Shown: positions 19,775-29,752, counted from the first letter of the stretch. The stretch: 60,307 nucleotides of DNA from Gemmatimonadota bacterium (GCA_039588275.1 JBDHAC010000058.1:1-60307); one strand, 5' to 3'. Numbers and translations are program-made. Notes: a model not told the origin generated them from the letters alone.

Positions 19775-20395
19775 TCAGCGGGCCTCGGCCCGTCTCACCT
19801 GTTCGAGCAGCGCGAGAAACCCGAACGCTTCGTGTCGGATATGCGCGTGCCGGAGCGCATCCCAGTGCTGCTCCAGGTACGCCCGCAGGTACTGCATCAC
19901 GTGGGGTAGGGAAATCGCCTGGAAGCCTGCCGTGATCTTCGGGTCCACGATGGAGCCGAACGCGAGCATCCGGACCCACGTGTCGCCCGGCCATTTCGTC
20001 CGCCCCTTCCGCTCCAGTTCGCGCATGGACTTGTCGACCTTCGGGTGAGGGGTGAGTCCGAACCGGGTCAGGACGGCGGACAATACGTCAGGGTTCTTGG
20101 CGCCACGATTCAGCTCGGCGCGTCCCTCCTTGACCTCGATGATGAGAAGGTCGGCCGCCCCCTTCGGCACGCGGAGCTCGGGGTCGGGCTCGAAATGGTC
20201 CGTGGGCTGGATCGAGATTCCGCTCTCCGCCGCCACCACTCCCCCGGCGTCGCACAGACGCAGGGCGAGCAGATCGACGTCGGTCGCCGATTTGTATCCC
20301 CCGCCTTCGAGCGCTTCGAGGACCGGGTACTCGGCGACGGTGAAGTACCCGTTGACTTGTAGATATGCCTGAACGAGTGCGACCGCGTGATCCAT
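19775..20395 (-). CDS. Conserved hypothetical protein, PD-(D/E)XK nuclease-like motifs
   Basis: MDHAVALVQAYLQVNGYF..EY, TDVDLLA, IIEVKEG; GGAGG RBS. Confidence 0.7.
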   Translation of the reverse strand: MDHAVALVQAYLQVNGYFTVAEYPVLEALEGGGYKSATDVDLLALRLCDAGGVVAAESGISIQPTDHFEPDPELRVPKGAADLLIIEVKEGRAELNRGAKNPDVLSAVLTRFGLTPHPKVDKSMRELERKGRTKWPGDTWVRMLAFGSIVDPKITAGFQAISLPHVMQYLRAYLEQHWDALRHAHIRHEAFGFLALLEQVRRAEAR

Positions 20396-20711
20396 CAGCG
20401 CACCCCCTCCTCTGCGGCGATCGGAGCGCGTGACCGGCGAAAACCCGCGCGGAACGGGGATTCCCGCCATCCTGAGCGAGACCACCCGGGCGGGTCAAAG
20501 TCACGACCTCTCGGGTCGCGCGACTACACCTAAGTTATTATGAAGTATGGCGATTAGCGAATGCTCTCTAAAGGGGCGAAATGCCCCTACGCCTCGAAAA
20601 CCCGCGTCGTACATGACGAAACGGCCCCTCAGGGACTTGCCAGAAGGGCGCGACGCGTTGATCTTGGCTGCGCTCGCACCTAGTGGGTCCAACACCAGAC
20701 GGGAGGATCAG

Positions 20712-20943
20712 ATGACAAAGGATGATTTCGCGGCGAAGCTCGCCAAGAAGACGGACCTGTCCAAGGGTCGAGCTCGACGCGGGTCGCGATTTCACGATTA
20801 CTGGGTTCGGCACGTTCGGTACGCGGCATCGTAAGGCGCGTACGGGCCGGAATCCTCAGACGGGGGCCACGATCCAGATCCCGTCGATGACTGTCCCGAC
20901 CTTCAAGGCGGGCAAGGGTCTGAAGGACCGGGTTCGAACCTGA
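20712..20943 (+). pseudogene. HU family DNA-binding protein with internal deletion and frameshift at about 20766
   Basis: GGAGG RBS; MTKDDFAAKLAKKTDLSK in one frame, VELDAGRDFTITGFGTF..RKARTGRNPQTG..PTFKAGKGLK in another; helix 2 missing. Confidence 0.85.
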
Positions 20944-21280
20944 ACTCACTCCGGGACGGGCGTCCCTGGCGGACGCACGTCCGACAAAGCAGTCCAGCCG
21001 CGAAATGACGGGAGCGGTGGGGTCGGGGCGCGGTCCGAGCCGTATCGTCGTGACCCGCCCGCCCGGGTGCGAGTCGCTGTACACCGCCCTGCGCGTCGAG
21101 CTCTGAGATCGGGCTCGACGCCGCCACCGCTCCCGCGCTGGCCCCAGAATCCGGCGCGCGGCTCCGCGCGCAGCCCTCGGGCTGCCCCACCACACCACGG
21201 TCCGCCATCCGAATCCGTGCGCGTTCCCGGCGCCCGCGTTGCACCAACGCGGGCAGACATGGGTGGCCGTGGGCTGGACC

Positions 21281-22471
21281 CTACAGGCGAATCAACTCAG
21301 GAAGCCGGGCCAACGCCTCGAGGCTGTGACCCGAGGCGAACTCATCCACATACGGAAGCGCCGCGCTCATCCCACGCGCTTCCGGGGCATAGCGCGAGCT
21401 CTCGAGGAGCGGGTTGAGCCAGATCACCTTCCGAGCCTTGCGTTGGATGGTCCGCATGGCTCGAACCAACGGTTCGACTTCGCCCTGATCCAGTCCATCG
21501 CTCAGGATGATCACCACCGTTCGCTGTCCGAGCATGGAGCGGCCGTAGCCGGCCAGGAACGCGCCCAGCGACTCCCCGATCCGCGTCCCGCTCGACCAGT
21601 CTCTGGCGCGAAGGGCATCGAGCGCGTCGTCTACGCGTCCTCGGGAGAGCCACGTCGTCAGCCGGGTGAGACGCGTACTGAACGCGAACGTCTCGATGTT
21701 GGGGACCCGCCCCGAGGCGAGGAGGAAGCGCACCAGGAAGCGGCTGTAGCGCTCCATCGACCCGCTTACATCACACAACAGGACGACGCGTGGGCGATCG
21801 ATCCGTCGTCGTCGTCGTGCGAGTCGAATGAGCTCGCCGTCGTGGCGCGGTGCATCCTTGAGGCTGCGTCGCACGTCGATCACGCCCCGGCGCCTGCCCG
21901 GCTCCAGCCTCCGGCTGCGCCGCTCCGCGAGACGCACCATGAGCCGGTCGATCCATCGGTCGAACTCCCGCAGCTCGGCTTCGCTGACACCCGCGAACGA
22001 CCGTCGCGCGATGGCTTCGACAGGGCTGTACGTGACGCCGAGCCGCACGCGCGGCCGGTCTGGATCCAGCGCCCCCGGGTTCGGATCCGACGGCCCCGCC
22101 TCGGAGGTCGCTCCTTCCGGTCGCGCGCCGCGCGCCGAGCCCGGCGCTACTTCGGCCGCGGTGGCGCCCTGCCCGAGCGCTTCGGGACGGACCGGACTGG
22201 GTTGGAAGCGCTCCTCGTCCCCGTACCAGAGTCTCCAGAAACACCGATCGAAGGCCTCGGCCTGTGTGGCATCTACCGTGAAGACCGACTTGAGGCCGTT
22301 GACCAGATCGATCGGGTCGTCCGCGTCGAGGTGTCCCAAGGCGTCCGCGGCCCCCACCGTCTCAGTCAGGGCGCACTCCAGGCCTTCCCCCCGAAGCGCG
22401 CGGGCCAGACGCGCTAGCCACTCCAGCGGGTCGGGGCCCAGTCCGCGGGTGGAGGTCGGAGCTTTCTTCAC
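21281..22471 (-). CDS. CoxE-like VWA domain protein
   Basis: MIDAS DVSGSM, FSTRL, WSSGTRIG, ILSDG, WLNPL; GTG start overlaps MoxR stop (GTGA). Confidence 0.9.
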   Translation of the reverse strand: MKKAPTSTRGLGPDPLEWLARLARALRGEGLECALTETVGAADALGHLDADDPIDLVNGLKSVFTVDATQAEAFDRCFWRLWYGDEERFQPSPVRPEALGQGATAAEVAPGSARGARPEGATSEAGPSDPNPGALDPDRPRVRLGVTYSPVEAIARRSFAGVSEAELREFDRWIDRLMVRLAERRSRRLEPGRRRGVIDVRRSLKDAPRHDGELIRLARRRRRIDRPRVVLLCDVSGSMERYSRFLVRFLLASGRVPNIETFAFSTRLTRLTTWLSRGRVDDALDALRARDWSSGTRIGESLGAFLAGYGRSMLGQRTVVIILSDGLDQGEVEPLVRAMRTIQRKARKVIWLNPLLESSRYAPEARGMSAALPYVDEFASGHSLEALARLPELIRL

Positions 22472-23400
22472 GCGTCGTCGGATTCGCTCGAGGCAGGGGC
22501 CCCGCTCTCGCTCCCCCCGACACCCTCCCCGGACGCGTCCAGGAGCGCCTCGAGCCTCTCTTCGTCCAGGGTGACGGCGTCGTGTCGATCCTTGAGCAAA
22601 CACCCGAGCGTGTCGTGCACGATGGAGGCATCAAGCCGGGTGGCGTCGAGCGCCTGCAGGGCGGCTGCGAAGTCGATCGTCTCGGCCAGCCCGGGTGTCT
22701 TGGACAGCTTCCCGTCACGGAGACGCTGCACGAGTCGCACGGTCTGCTCCGCCAGGACCGGAGACAGGTCGGGAAAGCGGGCTCTCAAGATGCGAAGCTC
22801 CTTCTCCGGCGTCGGGTAGTCGATCCACAGGTACAGGCACCGGCGCCGCAACGCGTCGCTCAGCTCGCGCGTGCCGTTCGATGTAAGGACCGTGTGCGGC
22901 CGGCTGATCGCGCGGACCGTGCCCAGCTCCGGAATGGAGACCTGGAAGTCGGAGAGCAGCTCGAGCAGAAACGCTTCGAACTCCTCGTCTGCGCGGTCGA
23001 TCTCGTCGATCAGCAGAACGGCTGGACGCTCTTGCCGAATGGCTCGTAGGAGCGGCCGCTCGAGCAGATACTCGCGTCCGAAGATCGTCTCTTCGACCTC
23101 GCGCGCCGATGCGCCCGGGTCGCCTTCGAGTCGTATGCGGAGTAGCTGCTTCTGGTAGTTCCACTCGTACAGCGCCGTGTTCACGTCGAGCCCCTCGTAG
23201 CACTGGAGTCGAATGAGCTCGGCATCCAGGAGGGTCGCGAGAGCCTTGGCGATCTCGGTCTTACCGACGCCCGCGGCCCCCTCCACCAGCAGCGGCTTCC
23301 CGAGGCGGAGCGCCAGATGTAGCGCCGTGGCGATCTCCCGCTCGGCGACGTAACCGGTTCGATCCAAACCGGCGATGAGCTCCTCGATCTCGGGTTTCAC
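22468..23400 (-). CDS. MoxR family AAA+ ATPase (CoxD-like)
   Basis: Walker A GAAGVGKT, RLQCYEGLD, YEWNY, LLIDEID, TSN, ALRRRC. Confidence 0.93.
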   Translation of the reverse strand: MKPEIEELIAGLDRTGYVAEREIATALHLALRLGKPLLVEGAAGVGKTEIAKALATLLDAELIRLQCYEGLDVNTALYEWNYQKQLLRIRLEGDPGASAREVEETIFGREYLLERPLLRAIRQERPAVLLIDEIDRADEEFEAFLLELLSDFQVSIPELGTVRAISRPHTVLTSNGTRELSDALRRRCLYLWIDYPTPEKELRILRARFPDLSPVLAEQTVRLVQRLRDGKLSKTPGLAETIDFAAALQALDATRLDASIVHDTLGCLLKDRHDAVTLDEERLEALLDASGEGVGGSESGAPASSESDDA

Positions 23401-23636
23401 GAACGCGCTCCCTTCGTGCGACGGCGAATGCGGCGCGGCGCGGCGGTTTCGATCCCGCCACCGGCCGGGCACTCGCTTGACGATCCTCGTGCACCTACGT
23501 CAGCTTCCGCTCACGCTTCGAGCGATGCGCCACGACGACTCAACGGCGAATATACTCACCCGTTCGCCCTCGGGCGCCGCCGAAACGGGAGGGCGCAAGG
23601 CATGTGGTCGGTGCGCGCCGTCATCAGGAGAAGTGA

Positions 23637-24104
23637 ATGATCGAGATCGAGAAGGAGTTCGACGTCCCCCAGCCTCTGGAGGAGGTGTGGGATTTCTTGG
23701 TGGATCCCGAGCAGATCGTCACGTGCTTGCCGGGGGCACGGCTCGTCGAAGCGATCGACGAGAACACGTACAAAGGTGAGATCGGCGTTCGACTCGGTCC
23801 GATCGCCGCCAGCTTCCTGGGTGTGATCCACTACGAGGAACTCGATCGCGAGCGTCATCACGTCGTGATGACGGGTGAAGGCAAAGACCAGCGCGGTACG
23901 GGGAGCGTGCGGATGCAGATGACCAGCACGCTCTCTCCGAACCACGACGGCGGCACACATGTTTGGGTGGCCCAGAGCGTGAGCCTCTCGGGCCGCCTCG
24001 CGTCGTTCGGCCGAGGCGGAGTCATCCAGAGCGTAGCCGACTTCATGTTCGGCCGCTTCACGAAGTGCGTGAGAGAAAAACTCGCCGAGGCGAGCGGTAC
24101 GTGA
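23637..24104 (+). CDS. SRPBCC family protein (CoxG-like)
   Basis: VW..L.DP....CLPGA, GPI.A.F.G, GRLASFG; AGGAG RBS. Confidence 0.88.
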   Translation: MIEIEKEFDVPQPLEEVWDFLVDPEQIVTCLPGARLVEAIDENTYKGEIGVRLGPIAASFLGVIHYEELDRERHHVVMTGEGKDQRGTGSVRMQMTSTLSPNHDGGTHVWVAQSVSLSGRLASFGRGGVIQSVADFMFGRFTKCVREKLAEASGT

Positions 24105-26203
24105 ACGAGGCCGTTGTCGGCGAGCCGCTCCGTCGCGGGGCCGGGCCGACGGACGACCTCGTCTGGCTCAAGAACCGCGACGACCCGCGCGTTCGGGAGT
24201 TCCTGGAAGAGGAAAACCGTCGCACGGAGGCCGAGATGGGCGGCACGACCGCCCTCCAGCAGGAGCTGTACGCCGAGTTCAAGAGCCGCATGCGCGAAGC
24301 GGACCGGTCCGCCCCGGTCCAGATCGATGACTTCCACTATTACCACCGCACGGAGGAGGGTAAGGCCTACCGGGTCTGGGCTCGCGCGCGCGGTCGCCCG
24401 AACGCGGACGAAGAGGTGCTTCTGGATGAGAACGCGCTCGCCCGGGGGCATGACTTCTTCAGCGTCAGCACCGTCGTGGTGAGTCCGGATCACCGGTATC
24501 TGGCGTACGGCTACGACGTGGACGGGGACGAGGGATACACCCTCGTCGTAAAGGACCTGAGCACCGGGTCTCTTCTCCCCGAGCGCATCGAGGGTGCGGC
24601 GACCACCATGGCGTGGGCCGAGGATGGCCGCACGCTCTTCTACACGACACGGGACTGCGCGAAGCGCGCGTATCGCGTGTACCGCCACACGTTGCGCACC
24701 GAGCCATCCGATGATGTGCTCGTCTACGAGGAAGGTGATGCCGCGTTTCACTTGAGCGTCCGGAAGACCCGCAGCCGCGGCTTCATCCTGATCGAGGTCT
24801 CGAGCGCCGTCACGAGCGAAACCCTCGTCGTGGATGCCCACCGGCCTGAAGACGCCGCTCGGCTGTTCCGGCCCCGGGCGCGCGGCGTCGAGTACGAGCT
24901 GTCGGACGCGGGAGGATCATTCCTGGTCCGAACCAACGAAGGCGCGAAGAACTTCCGTCTCCTGCGAGCCCCGTCCCTCGGAGACGCTGGGTGGGGCGAG
25001 CCCGATGAGTGGGAAGAGGTCATCCCGCACCGGCCCGAGGTCATGCTCGACGGCGTGGAGGCCTTCCGGGACTTCCTCGTTCTGCTGGAGCGCGAGGGTG
25101 GACTCCCCCGCTGCCGGTTGTGGCCTACCGGAGGCGCACCCTACCCCCTGCCGATCGCGGAGCCCGTATACACCCTGGAGGTAGGGGAGAATCCCGATTT
25201 CGACTCCGACCGCTTCCGGTACGTGTATTCCTCCCCACTTACCCCCAAGACAGTCCTGGACCTCGAAGCGAAGACGAGGGACACAACGGTCGTGAAGCGC
25301 GACGAGGCACCCGGGTTCGATCCCGCCGCGTACGAATCCGCCCGCATCATCGCGCTCGCGGATGACGGGGCCGAGATCCCGATCTCGCTGGTCTACCCGA
25401 AAGGGATCAGCCGCGACGGGAGCAACCCGTGCGTTCTTACCGGCTACGGGGCCTACGGGATCAGCTACGAGCAGGGGTTCTCGTCGCAGGTGCCGAGCCT
25501 GCTGGGCCGAGGGTTCGTGTACGGCGTCGCGCACGTGCGTGGTGGTGGGGAAGGGGGCGAGCCGTGGCACGATCAGGGGAAGATGCTCAACAAGAAGACC
25601 ACCTTCACGGATTTCGTCCGGTGCGCCGAGACCCTGATCGAAGATGGATACACCTCGAGCGAGCGCATGGGGATACAGGGGAGGAGCGCGGGTGGATTGC
25701 TTATGGGGGCCGTCACCAACCTGAGGCCCGACCTGTTTACCGCCGTGATCGCCGGCGTGCCGTTCGTGGACGTCCTCTCCACCATGCTCGACCCCGAGAT
25801 CCCGCTGACCGTAATCGAGTACGAGGAGTGGGGAGACCCCGGCGATCCCGAGTATTACGACTACATCCGCTCGTACTCTCCGTTCGACAACATCCGGGAG
25901 GTGTCGTATCCGCACATCCTCGCCACTGCGGGCCTGAACGATCCCCGGGTGCAGTACTGGGAGCCGGCTCGGTGGGTGGCTCGATTGCGGACCCGGCGCA
26001 CCGATGATGGCCTCACCCTGCTCAAGACGGACCTGCGGGCCGGGCATGCCGGTCCATCCGACAGATACGCGCTCATGAGGGAGCGAGCGTTCGAGTATGC
26101 GTTCTTGATGCGGACGCTCGCGCCGGACATCGATCCGGAGCTCAGTGAGGACGCGATGCCGTCCGCCGGAAACGACGCCGGATCCCCCGGCGAGGCGGAT
26201 TGA
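24101..26203 (+). CDS. Oligopeptidase B (S9A prolyl oligopeptidase family)
   Basis: Beta-propeller plus YGAYG, HVRGGGE, GRSAGG (catalytic Ser), EYEEWG, LNDPRV, AGH; GTGA overlap. Confidence 0.93.
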   Translation: MNEAVVGEPLRRGAGPTDDLVWLKNRDDPRVREFLEEENRRTEAEMGGTTALQQELYAEFKSRMREADRSAPVQIDDFHYYHRTEEGKAYRVWARARGRPNADEEVLLDENALARGHDFFSVSTVVVSPDHRYLAYGYDVDGDEGYTLVVKDLSTGSLLPERIEGAATTMAWAEDGRTLFYTTRDCAKRAYRVYRHTLRTEPSDDVLVYEEGDAAFHLSVRKTRSRGFILIEVSSAVTSETLVVDAHRPEDAARLFRPRARGVEYELSDAGGSFLVRTNEGAKNFRLLRAPSLGDAGWGEPDEWEEVIPHRPEVMLDGVEAFRDFLVLLEREGGLPRCRLWPTGGAPYPLPIAEPVYTLEVGENPDFDSDRFRYVYSSPLTPKTVLDLEAKTRDTTVVKRDEAPGFDPAAYESARIIALADDGAEIPISLVYPKGISRDGSNPCVLTGYGAYGISYEQGFSSQVPSLLGRGFVYGVAHVRGGGEGGEPWHDQGKMLNKKTTFTDFVRCAETLIEDGYTSSERMGIQGRSAGGLLMGAVTNLRPDLFTAVIAGVPFVDVLSTMLDPEIPLTVIEYEEWGDPGDPEYYDYIRSYSPFDNIREVSYPHILATAGLNDPRVQYWEPARWVARLRTRRTDDGLTLLKTDLRAGHAGPSDRYALMRERAFEYAFLMRTLAPDIDPELSEDAMPSAGNDAGSPGEAD

Positions 26204-26222
26204 GAACCGTACGCCGGCCCCG

Positions 26223-27026
26223 ATGAGCTTCCCGATCGTCGATCTCCACACGCACGTACTTCCAGGCGTGGACGATGGCGCTCGCGATCTGGAGGAGAGC
26301 ATCGCCGCGATCTCGGCGCTCATGGCGGACTCGGTGACCACGGTCGTGGCCACGCCCCATTGGCGGGCGTCGCTCCAGGAGCGGCCCGAGCGCGCGGGAC
26401 GCCGGCTCGAGTTCTTTGACGCGGCGTGGGAGCTCCTCTTGGAGGAGGTGGAGAAGAGGGCCCTGGACATCCGGCTGAAGAGAGCATGTGAGGTGAAGCT
26501 GGATGCACCGCGGGTCGCTCTGGAGGACGAGCGCCTTCGCCTGGCGGGCACGCGGTTCGTCCTGGTCGAGTTCGCTGCCCTGCAGCTTCCTCCGTTCGGA
26601 GGTAACCAACTCGGTGCCATCGCCGAAGCCGACTTCACCCCCGTGCTGGCGCACCCGGAGCGTTATGCGGGGATCTTGGCCTCGCTCGAGCGAGCTGAGA
26701 AGTGGCGGCACGACGGTACGCTGTTCCAGGTGAACGGCGGGTCGCTCCTCGGTCGTCACGGCGGCCCGGCCGAGGCCGCTGCCCGTGAGTTCCTGAGCCG
26801 GGGGTGGGTCGACACCCTGGCGAGCGACTACCACGCCCGTGGAGAGCCCGACGTGGCCGCCGTCAGGGACCGGCTGATCTCGCTGGATGGGGGCGCCGAG
26901 ATCGCCGAGCTTCTTCTGTCGACGAATCCGGCTCGTCTTCTCGCGGGGGAGCCGCCTCTGGAAGTACCCGCGTGCAAGCTGCCGAGCAGCGGTCGCTGGT
27001 CGGGTCTGCGCCGCTGGCTTCGCTAA
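26223..27026 (+). CDS. PHP-family tyrosine-protein phosphatase (CpsB/CapC/YwqE-like)
   Basis: DLHTHVLPGVDDG, ATPH, LAHPERY, ASDYH motifs. Confidence 0.9.
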   Translation: MSFPIVDLHTHVLPGVDDGARDLEESIAAISALMADSVTTVVATPHWRASLQERPERAGRRLEFFDAAWELLLEEVEKRALDIRLKRACEVKLDAPRVALEDERLRLAGTRFVLVEFAALQLPPFGGNQLGAIAEADFTPVLAHPERYAGILASLERAEKWRHDGTLFQVNGGSLLGRHGGPAEAAAREFLSRGWVDTLASDYHARGEPDVAAVRDRLISLDGGAEIAELLLSTNPARLLAGEPPLEVPACKLPSSGRWSGLRRWLR

Positions 27027-27380
27027 CCGGGCGCGGTTGCTGCCGAGTCATTCAGCGCCGGCCGGTCACTCGACGCGCGCGGTCCGACGAAGCCACGACA
27101 TGGGGCTGGATCTCGGCTCGATCGGGATTGAACCTCAACGGCCGGATAGGGTTATAACCGGGGGACGAGGGCGCCCAGGCTGTTCGATTGCCCCTTTCTC
27201 ACTAGAGTGAGACGGTAACGCGTCTTGCGCGACGGCGCGGAGCGCGTTAAACGAACGGGATACGCTTCAGGTGACTTCGGTGAACCTCGCCGAGTCTTGA
27301 GTGTAGAGCAGCGACGATCTACGGGAGGGGTCTGCCGGGAGGGTGCGGACTTCGCAACGGGCACAACGGTCTGAGGTAGC

Positions 27381-29180
27381 GTGATGAGGAGTACACGTAC
27401 GTTCATTTCTTCCGCCGCGGCGGCCGCCCTGGCGGTCTCCATGATTCCAGCACAGCCGGCACCGACCCTGGCGCAGGGAAGCGAGATCCAGGTCCTCGTG
27501 GCCCCACTGGTCGTTTCGGGGGGCGTCAACCGCCGGTTTGGTGAACGGGTCGCCGACGAAGTGCGGAAGGCGCTCGAAGAGTTCGGCGGTCTGCTGCCGA
27601 TCGAAGAGGGAGACGTCAACGACGTCCTCAAGCAGTTCGGCCTCAAGCAGGAGGAGATGACGCCGATCGAATGGCGGCAGCTCGCGAGCCGGATGAACGC
27701 CCAGATGGTCATGATCGGGACCGCACAGCCGAGTGGCGGCGGAGTCGCCGTGGACGTCGCCTTCCTGGATCCGAGCACGGGCGATGAGCTCCCGGTGAAC
27801 CCGTTCACCGTGGCGGATGACGGGAAGCACAAGGAAGCGGCCGAACAGATCACCGCGGACCTGGAGGAAGGCGTCGAGTACCAGCGGTCGATCGCGTTCT
27901 GCTCGGAGTACCTGTCCTCGAAGCAGCTCGAGGATGCGATGCGCAACTGTGACCGAGCGCTCAGCATCAACCCCTCCAGCACGCGAGGGCAGTACCTGCG
28001 TAGCCGGATCTACATGGAGATGGAGCGCTGGAACGACGCCGTGAGCGACCTCGAGACCGTGGTCACCGAGAACCCCTCGAACACGGACGCGCTGCAGTCG
28101 CTTGCCTACACCCACGCGCAGCTCGGGAACAAGACGCGCTCCCTCGAGCTCTACCAGGATTACCTGAACTTCAACCCGGATGACGCCGCCGTTAGGCTCA
28201 ACATCGCGTTCGAGCTGGCGACGGCGGGCGCATACGGCGAGGCGATGGCGATTCTCCAGGAGGGGGTCGAGCGGGACGCGGAGAACCCGGGTCTGTGGGA
28301 ATACCTCGGCAGCGTGGCGCTCGCCTACGGAACCGAAGGAAACGGGAACGGTGGCGAGAACGAAGTCACGCACCCCGAGGCCGTGCGCGTCGCCGTAGAT
28401 GCGTTCGCCAGGGTGCTGTCGCTCAGGGGAGAGAGCACCGACCCATCGATCCTCTCGAACGCGATCGTCGCGAACATGCTACTTGGCGATCACCAGGCCG
28501 CGCTCGACTTCGCCGAACAGGCTATCGACATGATCGAGAACCCGCCCGCCACGGATCCCACCGTGGAGGCGGGGACGGACCCCGAAGGACCGCAGATGTC
28601 GAGGGAGGAGCTCCTCGCTTCGATCCATTCGCGGCGGGCAGACGTGTACAGCCGGATGGAGCGCTTCGACGACGCGTCCGCCGCGATCACGGAGGCCATG
28701 CGTTTCGATCCCGAGCTCACCAACGGTCACATGCGCCGCGCGTTGTTCAAGCTGCAGGGCGGTGATTCTGACGGCGCGATCGCCGATTTCCGCACGGCCG
28801 TAGACCGCGGCGCGGACTCGGACCAGATCGCGAACAACCTGTTCTCGCAGGGCTACAACGATCACTTCCAGGCCGGGCAATTCAGCCGTGCGCTCGCGCT
28901 CTTCCGAACGGCGCTCGAGTTCGCGCAGGCGCCCGATGTCTCACACCAGATCCACTTCTTCACGGCGTACACCTATTACCAGCAGGGTACAGCGCTGGAC
29001 AACGGCAACCCGAACGAGACGTGTAACCCGGCGCGGAGCGCGCTCAACGTGTTCCGCAACGTGCTGCCGCACCTGAACCAATCGGGTAGCTACCAGGCCA
29101 ACAGCCAGGCTCAGATTCGCGACGCCGTGGACGTGCAGCTCTACCGTCAGGAGCAGATCATCCGAAAGGCCTGCAGCTAG
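27381..29180 (+). CDS. Exported TPR-repeat protein
   Basis: Signal peptide; repeated TPR-like units (ALSINP, NPSNTDAL, FNPDDA, FDPELT). Confidence 0.85.
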   Translation: MMRSTRTFISSAAAAALAVSMIPAQPAPTLAQGSEIQVLVAPLVVSGGVNRRFGERVADEVRKALEEFGGLLPIEEGDVNDVLKQFGLKQEEMTPIEWRQLASRMNAQMVMIGTAQPSGGGVAVDVAFLDPSTGDELPVNPFTVADDGKHKEAAEQITADLEEGVEYQRSIAFCSEYLSSKQLEDAMRNCDRALSINPSSTRGQYLRSRIYMEMERWNDAVSDLETVVTENPSNTDALQSLAYTHAQLGNKTRSLELYQDYLNFNPDDAAVRLNIAFELATAGAYGEAMAILQEGVERDAENPGLWEYLGSVALAYGTEGNGNGGENEVTHPEAVRVAVDAFARVLSLRGESTDPSILSNAIVANMLLGDHQAALDFAEQAIDMIENPPATDPTVEAGTDPEGPQMSREELLASIHSRRADVYSRMERFDDASAAITEAMRFDPELTNGHMRRALFKLQGGDSDGAIADFRTAVDRGADSDQIANNLFSQGYNDHFQAGQFSRALALFRTALEFAQAPDVSHQIHFFTAYTYYQQGTALDNGNPNETCNPARSALNVFRNVLPHLNQSGSYQANSQAQIRDAVDVQLYRQEQIIRKACS

Positions 29181-29218
29181 GCGAGTGCCAGCCGCCGGCA
29201 GGCGGCGAGACGACACGG

Positions 29219-29251
29219 CGAGGGGCCCGGCGGTTGCCGTCGGGCCCTTCG
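29219..29251 (+). terminator. Stem-loop after TPR gene
   Basis: CGAGGGGCCCGGCGG-ttg-CCGTCGGGCCCTTCG (15-bp stem with G-U pairs). Confidence 0.6.
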
Positions 29252-29657
29252 TGCATCTGGGAGCGCGCTGGGGTGGCGGGCGCGGGGGCTGCTCGCTGCA
29301 GCGTCCTACGGTCGTCGCTGGAGGGGCCCCTCCCCATCCCCCACCGGTGCGGGAGCGCGGCGTCCGCCACTCCTGCCCACACGGGCCCACTCCGGCCAGC
29401 TTCCCGTCCGCATGCGCCCCTAGGGTGGTGGGATCCCTTCGCGCGGGACCGTTGGCGTGCGTGTGGTGCTGACGGATTCGCCCGGTGTCTCGCCCTCAAA
29501 GTCAGAGGAAGCGTACAGCCGCGCCGCGCGGCTCCCGTGTCTCGCGCGAAGGGATCTCGCCGCCCGTGACCGGCGCGCCGACCCGGCGCTTCCGGCCACA
29601 ATGGGACGATGAAGAGGTGGTCTGGCACCCCGTTCCCACGTCGTGGGATACGCGGGG

Positions 29658-29686
29658 TTGACGGCGGGGAACACGGTGCATACAAT
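29658..29686 (+). promoter_or_regulatory. Sigma70-type promoter of the dcw cluster
   Basis: TTGACG (29658-63), 17-nt spacer, TACAAT (29681-86). Confidence 0.85.
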
Positions 29687-29720
29687 GGGGCGCTGTGGGG
29701 AAAAGTGGGAAGCAATGGGG
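29686..29720 (+). promoter_or_regulatory. MraZ-binding direct repeats (4x TGGGR, 10-bp period)
   Basis: TGGGG 29686, TGGGG 29696, TGGGA 29706, TGGGG 29716, directly upstream of mraZ. Confidence 0.85.
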
Positions 29721-29752
29721 TGACTCTCAGACACGTATGCTAAGGACCGACC

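Noticed and set aside
29181..29650. RNase P RNA or SRP RNA upstream of mraZ
   Set aside because: The GAGGAAAGTCC and CAGG..GGAAGCAG signatures were not found; only GC-rich hairpins.
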